A stretch of DNA of 43,272 bases, from the sequence record SRR20825019_881. One strand, given 5' to 3'. The notes under the pieces were generated by a model that made no database searches, was not told the origin of the DNA, and saw nothing but the letters and a program-made list of their open reading frames with translations. Below, one piece after another: positions 1-10,952 of this stretch. Position 1 is the first letter of the stretch. Every line of letters starts with the position of its first letter. Position numbers and translations under genes: made by a program.

Positions 1-2
1 AA

Positions 3-3000
3 TGGCAGTTCTGGATTGATCGCGGCGGTACCTTTACTGATATTGTCGCCCGCAAACCGGACGGCTCACTGAGCGCCCATAAACTCCTGTCAGACAATCC
101 AGAACAATATGCCGATGCCGCTGTGGCCGGTATCCGCTATTTTCTGGGGCTCGGCAACGACGCCTTGATCCCGGCGGAACAGGTCAGCTCAGTCAAAATG
201 GGCACCACGGTAGCGACCAATGCCCTGCTGGAACGAAAAGGTGAACCTACCGCGCTGGTCACCACCCGTGGCTTTCGTGATGTACTGCAAATCGGCTATC
301 AGAACCGGCCCCGTCTATTCGATCGTCACATCCGTCAGCCTGATCTTTTGTATCAGGCTGTTATCGAAGCCGATGAACGAGTCAGTCACAACGGTGAAGT
401 GCTGACGCCGCTGGATAAGCAACATCTCAGCACATCGCTGCAGGATCTCTATAAACGGGGCTTTCGCAGCATGGCCATTGTTTTTCTGCATGGCTACCGC
501 TTCCATCAGCATGAACAGCAGGCGCGAGAACTGGCTGAGGCCATTGGTTTTACGCAGATAAGCTGCTCCCATGAAGTCAGTCCGATGATCAAATTTGTCA
601 GCCGCGGCGATACGTCCGTGGTCGATGCCTATTTATCACCGATACTGCGCCGTTATGTCGACCAGGTATCCAGTCAGATGCCTGGTGTGCCGTTATACTT
701 CATGCAGTCTTCGGGTGGCCTCACCGATGCCCGACAGTTCCAGGGCAAGGACGCGATATTATCCGGCCCGGCAGGGGGGATTGTGGGCATGGCCCGCACG
801 GCTGAACTGGCCGGGTTTGATCAGGTCATTGGTTTTGATATGGGCGGCACCTCGACCGATGTCTCCCATTATGCCGGTGAGTTTGAGCGTGAGTTTGAAA
901 CCCAGGTCGCCGGTGTGCGGATGCGGGCACCGATGATGCGGATCCACACGGTGGCCTCAGGTGGCGGTTCGATTCTGCAGTATGATGGTGCCCGTTTCCG
1001 GGTCGGACCGGAGAGTGCCGGTGCTAATCCGGGGCCTGCCTGCTACCGGCGCGGTGGTCCGTTAACTGTGACCGATGCCAATCTGATGCTGGGTAAAATC
1101 CAGCCCGGTTTCTTTCCCCATGTGTTTGGCCCCGAGGCTGATCTGCCGCTGGATAAGACGGTGGTGGAAAATGGCTTTGCCGAACTTGCCGATAAGACCG
1201 GGCTACAAAGCGAGCAGGTGGCCGAAGGTTTTATCCGCATTGCGGTGCAGCAAATGGCCAATGCGATTAAAAAAATCTCGGTCGCGCGTGGCTATGATGT
1301 GACCCGTTACCTGATGCAATGCTTCGGCGGTGCCGGCGCCCAGCATGCCTGCCTGGTGGCGGAAGCGCTGGGCATGAAACAAATCCTGATTCATCCATTT
1401 GCGGGTGTGCTCAGCGCCTATGGCATGGGACTCGCCGATCAGAGCCTGATCCGCGAAAAAAGCGTCGACTACACGCTTGATGAGGCCGGCCTGACGGGAA
1501 TTAATTCAGAACTGGCCGCGCTGAGCGAACAGGCGCAGCAGGATCTGAGCAGGCAATACGCGAATGTGGGCGGTTTGTCGGTACAACAGCGTCTGCATGT
1601 ACGTTATCAGGGCAGTGATACCGCAATGATAGTGCCTGCCGGATCGCTTCAGGCGATAACAAGCGCTTTCAATGAGGCTTATAAACAGCGCTTTTCTTTC
1701 TTGCAGCCGGATAAAAGCCTGGTCGTGGAGGCCATTTCGGTGGAAGCGCTGTTGCAGTCGACAGTGCCACAGGAAAAGCTCATAGCGGCAGAACACGGCC
1801 GTGATATACCGGTTACTGCAACGGTGCGTTTTTTCAGTAAAGAAACTTGGCATCAGGCACCGCTGATTGAACGCTCAAGGTTGCAGGCCGGCGATGTGAT
1901 TCAGGGGCCTGCCATCCTGACCGAGCATAATGCCACCACCGTCATCGAACCCGGTTGGCAGGCCGAGGTGACGGAGCGCCAGCACCTTTTACTGAAACAG
2001 AATCAACAGCAACAAAGATCTCAGAAGATCGTCACCGAAGCCGATCCCGTAATGCTGGAAGTCTTTAATAATCTGTTTATGAATATTGCCGAGCAGATGG
2101 GACTGCAACTGCAGAATACGGCCTTATCGGTCAATATTAAGGAACGGCTCGATTTCTCCTGCGCCTTGTTTGACGCGGAAGGCCAGCTGATTGCCAATGC
2201 GCCGCATGTACCGGTCCACCTGGGCTCGATGGGAGAAAGCATAAAGTCGGTGATCGATGCTAATCGCGACACGATCGAAGCCGGAGATGTATTTTTACTG
2301 AACGATCCCTATCATGGCGGCACGCACTTGCCGGATATGACGGTGATTACACCGGTGTTTCTGGATGGCGACAACAAGCCATTGTTTTATGTCGGCAGTC
2401 GTGGTCATCATTCAGATATCGGCGGTTTGACACCCGGATCGATTCCCCCCTTTTCCAGACATATAGACGAAGAAGGTATCTGTATCAGCAATTTCAAGCT
2501 GGTGTCACGGGGGGAGCTGCGCGAGCAGGCACTGGTCGAATTGTTACAGCAGGGCCCCTATCCGGCCCGCAATAGCGAACAGAATCTGGCCGATTGCCGG
2601 GCCCAGATCGCTGCCAATGAAAAGGGGGGGCAGGAACTGCGCAGGCTCTGTAAGGATTACGGGGTTGATGTGGTGCAGGCCTATATGCAGCATGTGCAGG
2701 ATAATGCCGAGCAGGCGGTAAGAAAGGTCATCGATCGATTGCGCGACGGCGAGTTCAGCGTCAGTCTCGATAACGGCAGCCGGATTCAGTTGGCCATTCG
2801 GGTGAATAAACAACAGCATAGTGTCGAGATAGATTTTTCCGGTACCAGTCAGCAGCAGAATAATAATTTCAATGCCCCCAAAGCGGTTTCCATCGCGGCG
2901 GTATTGTATGTGTTCCGGACACTGGTAGATGATGATATTCCGCTGAATGCCGGCTGTCTGAAGCCGCTGAGTCTGAAAGTACCCGAAGGATCCATGTTGA

Positions 3001-3599
3001 ACCCGGCATATCCGGCGTCGGTGGTCGCCGGGAATGTGGAGACGTCGACCTGCATTACCAACGCCCTTTATGGCGCGCTGGGCGTGATGGCGGCAGCACA
3101 GCCAACCATGAATAACCTGACTTTCGGTAATGCCCGTCACCAGTATTACGAAACCCTGGCCGGTGGTAGTGGCGCCGGTGGCATCTTTGATGAAAGTGGT
3201 GAGTTAGTGGATGGCTTTGATGGCAGTCCCGTGGTGCAGAGCCTGATGACCAATTCCAGGCTCACCGATCCTGAGGTGCTGGAAAGTCGCTATCCGGTGC
3301 GCTTGATTAAACACGAAATCCGTCGCGGTTCCGGTGGTCATGGTCGCTGGCAGGGGGGCGATGGCGCTCTTCGCTGTCTGGCTTTTCTGGAACCGGTTAC
3401 GGTCAGTATTCTTTCCAATGGCCGTGAGTTTCCGGCATTTGGTTTGAATGGCGGAGAGGCGGGGCAGTGCGGCAGCAATCGGCTTATTCGTGCCAACGGG
3501 ACGAGTGAAACTTTAGCGGCCTGTGACCAGGTGGAACTGGACGCCGGCGATCAGATCGAAATCTGCACGCCGGGCGGCGGTGGTTTCGGCCAGCGTTAA
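3..3599 (+). CDS. Fused ATP-dependent 5-oxoprolinase / hydantoinase A+B family protein, 5' end cut by the window edge
   Basis: The frame is open from base 3 ([13 protein letters not shown], the family N-terminal motif), so the true start lies just outside the window and not at the ORF-track GTG at 123. Motifs: [64 protein letters not shown]. Confidence 0.93.
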   Translation, partial: WQFWIDRGGTFTDIVARKPDGSLSAHKLLSDNPEQYADAAVAGIRYFLGLGNDALIPAEQVSSVKMGTTVATNALLERKGEPTALVTTRGFRDVLQIGYQNRPRLFDRHIRQPDLLYQAVIEADERVSHNGEVLTPLDKQHLSTSLQDLYKRGFRSMAIVFLHGYRFHQHEQQARELAEAIGFTQISCSHEVSPMIKFVSRGDTSVVDAYLSPILRRYVDQVSSQMPGVPLYFMQSSGGLTDARQFQGKDAILSGPAGGIVGMARTAELAGFDQVIGFDMGGTSTDVSHYAGEFEREFETQVAGVRMRAPMMRIHTVASGGGSILQYDGARFRVGPESAGANPGPACYRRGGPLTVTDANLMLGKIQPGFFPHVFGPEADLPLDKTVVENGFAELADKTGLQSEQVAEGFIRIAVQQMANAIKKISVARGYDVTRYLMQCFGGAGAQHACLVAEALGMKQILIHPFAGVLSAYGMGLADQSLIREKSVDYTLDEAGLTGINSELAALSEQAQQDLSRQYANVGGLSVQQRLHVRYQGSDTAMIVPAGSLQAITSAFNEAYKQRFSFLQPDKSLVVEAISVEALLQSTVPQEKLIAAEHGRDIPVTATVRFFSKETWHQAPLIERSRLQAGDVIQGPAILTEHNATTVIEPGWQAEVTERQHLLLKQNQQQQRSQKIVTEADPVMLEVFNNLFMNIAEQMGLQLQNTALSVNIKERLDFSCALFDAEGQLIANAPHVPVHLGSMGESIKSVIDANRDTIEAGDVFLLNDPYHGGTHLPDMTVITPVFLDGDNKPLFYVGSRGHHSDIGGLTPGSIPPFSRHIDEEGICISNFKLVSRGELREQALVELLQQGPYPARNSEQNLADCRAQIAANEKGGQELRRLCKDYGVDVVQAYMQHVQDNAEQAVRKVIDRLRDGEFSVSLDNGSRIQLAIRVNKQQHSVEIDFSGTSQQQNNNFNAPKAVSIAAVLYVFRTLVDDDIPLNAGCLKPLSLKVPEGSMLNPAYPASVVAGNVETSTCITNALYGALGVMAAAQPTMNNLTFGNARHQYYETLAGGSGAGGIFDESGELVDGFDGSPVVQSLMTNSRLTDPEVLESRYPVRLIKHEIRRGSGGHGRWQGGDGALRCLAFLEPVTVSILSNGREFPAFGLNGGEAGQCGSNRLIRANGTSETLAACDQVELDAGDQIEICTPGGGGFGQR

Positions 3600-4345
3600 A
3601 GTGAGGGCATATCCGTCAGGCTGATGATTTTGATGCGTTTGATACTGGCAGCGCTGTCACGATCTTCAGCCGTGTTATAGCCCCAGTCAGCCAGAAACAG
3701 TTTGACCTGATCCAAACGGTCATCGGTGATGACATTAATCAGGGTTGGCAGCCTGTCTTCAATAAACAGAATTTCGTCATCAGGCCGTTCCAGACTCAGA
3801 TCGGTCAGGATCTGTTGTTTACTCAAGTTGCGATCAAGGCCATAGATTCTGTCCAGGGGAAACTGAATGTCGTTGGCACTGAGAATATGATCGACAAAAC
3901 GTTCCTGTTTAGTGGTGACGATAAAGCTGTTATCGGTATCGATCTGCTTTAATTTGTCGGCAATTCCATCGAAAAGCGGATTCATTTCGATCCAGCTGCT
4001 GAAGTCATCAGCTATCCATTCGTCACGGGCGGTACCGAAAATTTCTTTCAATTCATCCACGTTGAGTGCATCGCGAATCAGCAGCGCTTCAATCTGATGG
4101 TGAAATGCTTGCCGCAGTGTCTCGGCGGGCATACCTTCAAACAGCAGCCGCATAATCAGCGTCGCCTCGTAGCCGGTTTCCATTACCGGTCTGACCGCAC
4201 GAAACTGGGACATTAACCCTGCCGGCAGGGTTTCCGGCATATCCGTCCACAGTTTACGGGCGACCAGCCAGCCTGCAGTACCGGTTTCTATGGCGCTGTC
4301 GCAGATCACACCATCAAAATCGAAAGCATAGATTTTATGACTCAT
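3596..4345 (-). CDS. HAD-superfamily hydrolase
   Basis: Motif [11 protein letters not shown], motif II IVTTK, motif IV FIEDR followed by ADWGYN. ATG at 4345 overlaps the end of the upstream lipoprotein gene. Confidence 0.85.
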   Translation of the reverse strand: MSHKIYAFDFDGVICDSAIETGTAGWLVARKLWTDMPETLPAGLMSQFRAVRPVMETGYEATLIMRLLFEGMPAETLRQAFHHQIEALLIRDALNVDELKEIFGTARDEWIADDFSSWIEMNPLFDGIADKLKQIDTDNSFIVTTKQERFVDHILSANDIQFPLDRIYGLDRNLSKQQILTDLSLERPDDEILFIEDRLPTLINVITDDRLDQVKLFLADWGYNTAEDRDSAASIKRIKIISLTDMPSL

Positions 4346-4523
4346 CAGTTTTAAACAGGCAGTGTTTGGCGTAATCGGTGGCTTCGTTGGCAGACCAGTC
4401 ACCTTTGGGCTTGGCTTCCATATTCTGGCACCATTTGTCGCTGCCGATTTCAGGGCTGCAGGCGCTCAATATCAGGGTTGTCAAAGCAATGGCCGACAGG
4501 CTCAGCAAGCGGGATTTCAGCAT
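4335..4523 (-). CDS. Small lipoprotein, DUF3012-like (62 aa)
   Basis: Signal peptide with lipobox LSAC, then PEIGSDKWC...KPKGDWSANEA.DYAKHC. An AAGGA RBS lies upstream of ATG 4523. Confidence 0.8.
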   Translation of the reverse strand: MLKSRLLSLSAIALTTLILSACSPEIGSDKWCQNMEAKPKGDWSANEATDYAKHCLFKTDES

Positions 4524-4536
4524 AAAAATGTCCTTT

Positions 4537-5814
4537 TTAATCACGTTCATAGACCAGCCGGCCATGGAACAGCGTATGGCTGACCTGGTGGTTGAACAGC
4601 CAGCCGGCGAATGGGCTGTTCTTACCGGCACTGACAAAATTCAGCGGCTGGCACTCGAACTCCGAGTCAGGATCAACCAGGCATAGATCGGCAATGGCCC
4701 CGACTTTAAGCTGGCCGGCATCGATTCCCAGAATATCGGCCGGGTTGCAGGTTAAAGCGGCAATCGCGCGCTGCAATTCGATCTCATCATCTTCCACCAG
4801 CTTTAAAGTCAGTGACAGTAAGGTCTCTAGGCCGGAGATGCCGGGCTGGGTTTCGGCAAAGGGGCCCAGCTTGTCATCACGATCCAGCGGTTGATGATGC
4901 GAGGAAATCGCGGCTATCACCCCATCGCGCACACCCTGCTGCAATTGCTCACGGTCACGGATACTGCGTAGCGGGGGAAGTACATGACTCAGGGCATCGT
5001 AGTTACCCAGGTCATGCTCGGATAAGTGCAGGTGGTGGGCACTGACATCAGCGGTGACCGGCAGGCCACGGTTCTGAGCGTCACGAATCAACTTAACCGC
5101 TTTACCACAGGATAAGTTGTGGAAGTGAGCACGCACTCCGGTTTCTTCGATCAAGATCAAATCACGACTGACACCAATGGTTTCTGCACTTTCCGGAATA
5201 CCGCCCAGCCCCAGCCGTGAGCTGACCGCGCCCTGATGGACGCAGCCCAGTTTCTGCAGCCAGGGATCGGCCGCATTGAGAAACAGGGTCATATCCATGG
5301 TGGCCGCGTAAGCCATGGCCCGCTGCAGGATGACATTATTTTTTACAGTGGACAGACCGTTACTGATGCCCACACAACCCGCTGCTTTCAGCCTGGCCAT
5401 TTCTGCCAGTAATTCACTCTCAAGATTCTGAGTCATGGCACCTATGCTCAGCACCATCGTGCGGCCGGCTTTTTTGGCACGATCCTCTATCAACTCCACC
5501 ACGGCCGGGTTATCAATTACCGGATCCGTATCGGGTGGCACACAGACTGTGGTGACGCCGCCGGCAGCAGCGGCAGCCGTTTCGCTTTGAATCGTGGCAG
5601 TATGCTCCTGGCCGGGCTCACGCAGCCGCACACTCAGATCCACCAGCCCCGGAATCACTAACAGCCCGGTGGCGTCAATCACACGATCGGCAGTGAAGTC
5701 ATCAGAATAGTCGCCAATGGCGACGATTTTGCCGTCACTGATAAACACATCCTGACGGACATCAAGCTGGCTGGCCGGGTCGATCACTCGGCCGTTTTTA
5801 ATACGGATCTTCAT
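4537..5814 (-). CDS. pyrC: Dihydroorotase-like protein, probably the catalytically inactive PyrC'/PyrX partner of ATCase
   Basis: Amidohydrolase fold (PGLVD..LREPG, GKNSPF) directly after pyrB. The HxH metal motif reads [10 protein letters not shown] and the DHAPH motif reads SHHQP. Confidence 0.88.
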   Translation of the reverse strand: MKIRIKNGRVIDPASQLDVRQDVFISDGKIVAIGDYSDDFTADRVIDATGLLVIPGLVDLSVRLREPGQEHTATIQSETAAAAAGGVTTVCVPPDTDPVIDNPAVVELIEDRAKKAGRTMVLSIGAMTQNLESELLAEMARLKAAGCVGISNGLSTVKNNVILQRAMAYAATMDMTLFLNAADPWLQKLGCVHQGAVSSRLGLGGIPESAETIGVSRDLILIEETGVRAHFHNLSCGKAVKLIRDAQNRGLPVTADVSAHHLHLSEHDLGNYDALSHVLPPLRSIRDREQLQQGVRDGVIAAISSHHQPLDRDDKLGPFAETQPGISGLETLLSLTLKLVEDDEIELQRAIAALTCNPADILGIDAGQLKVGAIADLCLVDPDSEFECQPLNFVSAGKNSPFAGWLFNHQVSHTLFHGRLVYERD

Positions 5815-6785
5815 GCAGGTATCTCGTGTTGTTCTGACTGGGCACCCAGCGCCATCGACATCACCGCCATGCGAATCGCGATGCCATGAGTCACCTGCTC
5901 CAGAATGACGGACTGCGGGCCGTCGGCCACACTGGACGCGATTTCAACACCGCGGTTGATCGGCCCCGGATGCATGACGATGGCATCCGGTTTAGCGAGT
6001 TTCAGTTTATCTTCGGTAAGGCCGAAGCAGTGGAAATATTCACGGGCGCTGGGCAGCAAAGCGCCCTGCATGCGTTCCAGCTGCAGTCGCAGCATGATAA
6101 TGACATCGACACCTTCCAGACCGGTTTCCATATCGTGATAGACATGGACGCCGAGGGTCTGGCAGTCGGCAGGCAACAGGGTTTTAGGACCGATCACACG
6201 AATTTCACCGACCCCCAGCGTTGCCAGTGCCTGGATCTGCGAGCGGGCGACGCGGGAATGCAGAATATCACCGACGATGGCAACCCGCAGGTTATGAAAC
6301 TCCTGCTTGTGGCGTCGAATCGTAAACATGTCCAGCATTGCCTGGGTAGGGTGGGCATGACAGCCGTCACCGGCGTTGATGACACTGACATCAGGAGCGA
6401 CATGCTGGGCAATGAATTCTGCAGCACCGCTCTGATTATGACGCACTACAAACATGTCGGTGTGCATGGATTCGAGGTTATGCAGGGTATCGAGCAGGCT
6501 CTCACCTTTCGAGGTGGCGGAGGTGCTGATATTGAAATTCATCACGTCAGCCGACAGGCGTTTGGCCGCCAGTTCAAAGGTGGAGCGGGTGCGTGTCGAG
6601 TTTTCAAAAAACAGGTTGACGATGGTTTTGCCGCGCAGGATAGGCACTTTTTTAACCTGACGATGGGTGATCCCGGAAAACTGCTCGGCCCGGTCCATGA
6701 TTTCGGTCAGCAGCGGCTTTTTCAGCCCCTCGATCGTCAGGAAATGGCGCAGCTGGCCGCTGTCGGTCAGTTGGTTATTCTTCAT
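5811..6785 (-). CDS. pyrB: Aspartate carbamoyltransferase catalytic subunit
   Basis: [32 protein letters not shown] and [12 protein letters not shown] motifs. Confidence 0.97.
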   Translation of the reverse strand: MKNNQLTDSGQLRHFLTIEGLKKPLLTEIMDRAEQFSGITHRQVKKVPILRGKTIVNLFFENSTRTRSTFELAAKRLSADVMNFNISTSATSKGESLLDTLHNLESMHTDMFVVRHNQSGAAEFIAQHVAPDVSVINAGDGCHAHPTQAMLDMFTIRRHKQEFHNLRVAIVGDILHSRVARSQIQALATLGVGEIRVIGPKTLLPADCQTLGVHVYHDMETGLEGVDVIIMLRLQLERMQGALLPSAREYFHCFGLTEDKLKLAKPDAIVMHPGPINRGVEIASSVADGPQSVILEQVTHGIAIRMAVMSMALGAQSEQHEIPA

Positions 6786-7305
6786 TCACCACGCCCCTGG
6801 TTCGGTATTCCACTTCCAGTCCCGTTTTGTCGATCAGCTTGATGTGCTGATCTTTGGAAAGATCAAGGGATTCACCGATAATATCGGCTTGTATCGGCAG
6901 TTCACGGCCGTTACGTTCAATCAAAACCGCCAGCGTCACACTGGCCGGGCGGCCGTAATCGAAGATTTCATTGAGGGCGGCACGGGTGGTACGGCCACTG
7001 TGCAAAACATCATCGACCAGCAACAGGTGACGACCATCGACACTGAACGGCAAGTCGGAAGGGGTGACCTGGGGATGCATGCCGATGCGGGTGAAATCAT
7101 CACGGTAGTAGGCGATATTCAGGGTGCCGATGGGGGCATCAAAGAAATCGGGTCCGAGCATCTCCTGCAGTGCTTTGGCCACCCAGACACCGCCGGTGTG
7201 AATACCGATCAGGAGCGGATGGCGGTCGCCGAGTCTGTCACCGATATCTGCTGCCATGTTCTGCAGCAGTTCCTGTACCTGCGTTTGTGTGAGTGCGGTG
7301 GTCAT
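6775..7305 (-). CDS. pyrR: PyrR (pyrimidine regulatory protein / uracil phosphoribosyltransferase)
   Basis: YRDDF, PRPP motif [24 protein letters not shown] 7305 overlaps the ruvX stop (ATGA). Confidence 0.93.
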   Translation of the reverse strand: MTTALTQTQVQELLQNMAADIGDRLGDRHPLLIGIHTGGVWVAKALQEMLGPDFFDAPIGTLNIAYYRDDFTRIGMHPQVTPSDLPFSVDGRHLLLVDDVLHSGRTTRAALNEIFDYGRPASVTLAVLIERNGRELPIQADIIGESLDLSKDQHIKLIDKTGLEVEYRTRGVVNEE

Positions 7306-7721
7306 TGTTGATTCAGCCATGATTGAAGGATGAGTTTTGCCGATATTTGATCAACGTCGCTGCGCTGACGAGAATCCATTTTACTGCGGATTCCCAGATG
7401 ATCCAGCGCTTCATAAGTGCTGAGTCTTTCATCCTGCCATTCTACCGGCAGGTTGAAACGTCCGTGCAGGCGATTGCCAAAGCGACGGGCCGCTGCAGTC
7501 ATTGCCTGTTCTGTGCCGTCCATATTGAGCGGCAAACCGACTATCAGCAGTCCCGGTTGCCACTCCTGTAGCAGCTTGCCGATCTGATCCCAGTCCGGAA
7601 TGCCGTCGCGGGCTTTGATGGCCGTCAGCGGGTTGGCCGTGCGGGTCAGTTCCTGACCTACGGCAACACCGATGTTTTTCATGCCGAAGTCAAATCCCAA
7701 AATCGTTCTGCTTGTTGTCAT
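7302..7721 (-). CDS. ruvX: YqgF/RuvX family nuclease
   Basis: LGFDFGMKNIGVAVG, VGLPLNMDG, DERLST, VDQISAKLIL. Confidence 0.95.
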   Translation of the reverse strand: MTTSRTILGFDFGMKNIGVAVGQELTRTANPLTAIKARDGIPDWDQIGKLLQEWQPGLLIVGLPLNMDGTEQAMTAAARRFGNRLHGRFNLPVEWQDERLSTYEALDHLGIRSKMDSRQRSDVDQISAKLILQSWLNQQ

Positions 7722-8278
7722 GCGTGGCCGCTGCTGTTGGACATCAGGCTAATATCTATGCCCAGCAGCCCGGCTGCGGCCCGCCAGCGCTCTTCGGCCG
7801 GCGTAGCAAATAACAGGTCCTGATTGGCCGGGACTGTCAGCCAGCTGTTTTCAGCCAGCTCCTGTTCCAGCTGTCCGGCGCCCCAGCCGGCATAGCCCAG
7901 CGTCACCAGTGCGTGTTCCGGACCCTGGTCGGTGCCGATCGCTTCCAGAATGTCGGTCGAAGTGGTCAGGAAAATGTCATCGGACAATTGCAGGCTCGAC
8001 TTCCATCCGGCATCGGGCTTGTCATGTATGACCATGCCCTGACCTTTTTGCACCGGCCCGCCGAATAACACCGGCGTATCTTTGATGTAATCGCTGTGAT
8101 TGTCGATTTTGAGGTGGGACAACAATTCTTCCAGCATCACCTTGGTGGGGCGGTTGATAATCAGGCCCATGGCTCCGTTCTGATCGTGCTCGCAGAGATA
8201 GACCACGGAACGATAAAAGAAGGTATCGTTCAGCGCGGGCATCGCCACCAGAAAGTGATTTTGCAGATTTGATTCCAT
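7718..8278 (-). CDS. yqgE: YqgE/AlgH family protein
   Basis: HFLVAMP, GAMGLIINRP, GGPV, LGYAGWGAGQLEQE..ENSWL, C-terminal GHA. ATG 8278 follows a GAGG RBS. Confidence 0.93.
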   Translation of the reverse strand: MESNLQNHFLVAMPALNDTFFYRSVVYLCEHDQNGAMGLIINRPTKVMLEELLSHLKIDNHSDYIKDTPVLFGGPVQKGQGMVIHDKPDAGWKSSLQLSDDIFLTTSTDILEAIGTDQGPEHALVTLGYAGWGAGQLEQELAENSWLTVPANQDLLFATPAEERWRAAAGLLGIDISLMSNSSGHA

Positions 8279-8285
8279 CTCGCCT

Positions 8286-9668
8286 CTAAAAGAAGGTAAA
8301 GCCAACCTGGAACAGCCGTTCGACTTCCTTAATATAGCGTTTATTGACCAGAAACAGGATCACATGATCCTCGGATTCAATAATCGTATCATGATGGGCC
8401 ACGATGACTTCCTCACCCCGCACGATGGCACCAATCGTGGTGCCCGGCGGCAAATCAATTTCATCGATACGACGGCCGACCACCATGGAAGAACTGCTGT
8501 CGCCGTGGGCAATCGCTTCCAGCGCTTCAGCGGCACCGCGGCGCAGTGAATGCACGGCGACAATATCCCCTCGGCGGATATGGGCCAGCAGGCTGCCTAT
8601 AGTCGCCTGTTGCGGTGACAGGGCGATATCTATGCTGCCGCTTTCCACCAGATCCACGTAGGCGGCGCGGTTAATCAGCGACAACACCTTAGTGGCGCCC
8701 AGTCGTTTGGCCAGCATGGATGACAGGATATTCGCTTCGTCATCATTGGTCAGCGCACAGAACAGATCGACCTTGTCGATTTCTTCTTCCAGCAGTAGCT
8801 CTTCATTGGCCACATCGCCCAGCAGGACAATGGTATCCGCCAGTTCTTCCGAGAGATATTCGGCACGCTCCGGATTGGCTTCTATGAGTTTGACCTGATA
8901 GTGCTTTTCCAGCGCCTTGGCGAGCCGGGCACCGATGTTACCGCCGCCGGCCAGCATGATTCGGCGATAGGGTTTTTCCAGTCGGCACAGTTCCCCCATG
9001 ACGGCACGGATATCTTTGCTGGCGGCGATGAAGAAGACTTCGTCATCGGCCTGGATGACAGTATCACCGGTGGGCGTTATCGGTCTGCCTTCACGGAAAA
9101 TCGCAGCCACCCGAGTGTCGGTTTTGGGAATATGCTGTTTCAGATCACGCAGCGGGTGACCCACCAGCGGACCACCATGGACGGCCTTGACCGCCACCAG
9201 TTGCACTCTGCCCTCGGAAAAATCGAGGACCTGTAATGCATTGGGATGACTGATCAGGCGCTGAATATATTCGGTAACAATCTGCTCCGGGCTAATCAGC
9301 ATATCAATCGGGATCGCCTGGGGATTTTCCTTATCGAATATTTGCGGTGTAGCCAGATAGCCGGTATTGCGGATACGGGCTATCTTGGTCGGTGTGTTAT
9401 ACAGCGTATGGCAGATTTGGCAGGCGACAATATTGGTTTCATCGCTGTTGGTGACGGCCAGAATCAGATCAGCATCTTCGGCACCGGCACGGGCCAGCAC
9501 ATCCGGGTGCGAGGCCTCTCCCTGGATCGTCTGGATATCATAATGGTCCTGTAACTTCAGCAGATTGCTGTTATTGGTATCGACCAGCGTGACATCATCG
9601 TCCTCGCGTGCCAGCGTGGCAGCAACTGATGCACCGACTTGTCCCGCACCCAGAATAAGAATTTTCAT
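8286..9668 (-). CDS. trkA: Trk potassium uptake system regulatory subunit TrkA
   Basis: Two RCK_N Rossmann motifs ([22 protein letters not shown]), [20 protein letters not shown]; 460 aa. Confidence 0.96.
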   Translation of the reverse strand: MKILILGAGQVGASVAATLAREDDDVTLVDTNNSNLLKLQDHYDIQTIQGEASHPDVLARAGAEDADLILAVTNSDETNIVACQICHTLYNTPTKIARIRNTGYLATPQIFDKENPQAIPIDMLISPEQIVTEYIQRLISHPNALQVLDFSEGRVQLVAVKAVHGGPLVGHPLRDLKQHIPKTDTRVAAIFREGRPITPTGDTVIQADDEVFFIAASKDIRAVMGELCRLEKPYRRIMLAGGGNIGARLAKALEKHYQVKLIEANPERAEYLSEELADTIVLLGDVANEELLLEEEIDKVDLFCALTNDDEANILSSMLAKRLGATKVLSLINRAAYVDLVESGSIDIALSPQQATIGSLLAHIRRGDIVAVHSLRRGAAEALEAIAHGDSSSSMVVGRRIDEIDLPPGTTIGAIVRGEEVIVAHHDTIIESEDHVILFLVNKRYIKEVERLFQVGFTFF

Positions 9669-9677
9669 CGTGCCTTC

Positions 9678-10952
9678 CTAGATTTGCTTGGTATCGATAC
9701 CCAATGAGCGTAATTTGCGATAAAGGTGAGTCCGTTCCATACCGGCAAGTTTCGCGGCCTTGCCGACATTACCTTCTGTTTCCTGCAGTTTATGCAACAA
9801 ATAGAGGCGTTCGAACTGTTCGCGGGCTTCTCTCAGCGGTAAATCGAAATTGATGCTTTCCTCGCCCTCGGCGGCCGCTTCGGCTTCAGTTTCCAGTGCC
9901 TGCTCAATATCGGCAACATCAATATCATCGCCTTCACCCAGCACCAGTAACCGCTGGATAACGTTTTTCAATTCCAGCACATTGCCCGGCCAGGCGTGGT
10001 TACGCAGCCGGTTCTGGGCGGCGACACTGAAGCGCCGGTAAGGCAGCCCTGCTTGTGTGGTCTGCAGGTCCACAAAGTGATGCACCAATTCGGGAATATC
10101 TTCAATATGATCGCGCAACGACGGAACCACCAGTGTGATGCTATTGAGCTGATACAGCAGGCTGTCGAGGAAATCATCGTTGTCGACGGCTTTCTGCAGC
10201 GAATACTGGGTCGCACAGACTAACTGGCACGCTTCCAGCTGTTTGCTTTCCAGCAGGTGTAGCAACAAAGCCTGCGCTTCATCACTGAGCAGCGCCAGAT
10301 CGTTAATATATAGGCAATTGCCCTTGGCCAGGGATTTGATTTTGAGACTGTCGAGCGGAAAGCTTTCCGGACTGACCTCGATAAATTTGCCGTCGGCGTA
10401 GTTGCCGAGACTATGTAGGTAATGAGCGAAACAATGCTTGCCTGCGCCGCCTTCACCCACCAGCATGATCGGCATATCATGACGGGCGATGCGCTCGACC
10501 TGTTCCCGCAGCAGATTTATCTGGCTGCTTTTACCCACCGGTACCTGCGACAATTCACGCTGAATCGCGACCTGTTTGGCGCGATTTTCCAGCGCCATCT
10601 CGACGCCGCGCAGCAGCTTGGCCATCGATAAAGGCTTTTCAATAAAGTCGGCAGCCCCCAGACGGGTAGCTTCAACCGCGGTTTCAATGGTGCCGTGACC
10701 TGACATCATGACGATGGTGACGGCTTTGTTCTGTTGCTTGAAGTCTTTCAGCAGGGTGATGCCGTCAATGTCAGGCATCCAGATGTCTAGCAGCACCAGG
10801 TCGGGTAATTGCCGGTCGAATGCGGCCTTGGCCTCCTCGCCGTTGGCAGCAATATGGACCTGATAATTTTCGTCTTCCAGAATGTCTTTAATCAGTTCCC
10901 GAATATCGGGTTCATCATCGACAACCAGAATTAAGGGTTTATCAGCACTCAC
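9678..10952 (-). CDS. ntrX: NtrX-like response regulator (REC, degenerate AAA+, Fis-type HTH)
   Basis: REC domain with VVDDE, LLDIWMP, MMSGHGTIETAVEAT and FIEKP; WPGNVLEL; C-terminal LREAREQFER...GMERTHLYRKL. GTG 10952 overlaps the kinase stop and has a GGAGG RBS. Confidence 0.85.
   Translation of the reverse strand: MSADKPLILVVDDEPDIRELIKDILEDENYQVHIAANGEEAKAAFDRQLPDLVLLDIWMPDIDGITLLKDFKQQNKAVTIVMMSGHGTIETAVEATRLGAADFIEKPLSMAKLLRGVEMALENRAKQVAIQRELSQVPVGKSSQINLLREQVERIARHDMPIMLVGEGGAGKHCFAHYLHSLGNYADGKFIEVSPESFPLDSLKIKSLAKGNCLYINDLALLSDEAQALLLHLLESKQLEACQLVCATQYSLQKAVDNDDFLDSLLYQLNSITLVVPSLRDHIEDIPELVHHFVDLQTTQAGLPYRRFSVAAQNRLRNHAWPGNVLELKNVIQRLLVLGEGDDIDVADIEQALETEAEAAAEGEESINFDLPLREAREQFERLYLLHKLQETEGNVGKAAKLAGMERTHLYRKLRSLGIDTKQI

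Noticed and set aside
123..125. ORF-track start codons (123, and the extended starts at 4402, 4637, 11021, 13818 and 39669)
   Set aside because: Conserved N-terminal motifs, RBS positions and overlaps with neighbouring genes support the starts given in the features.
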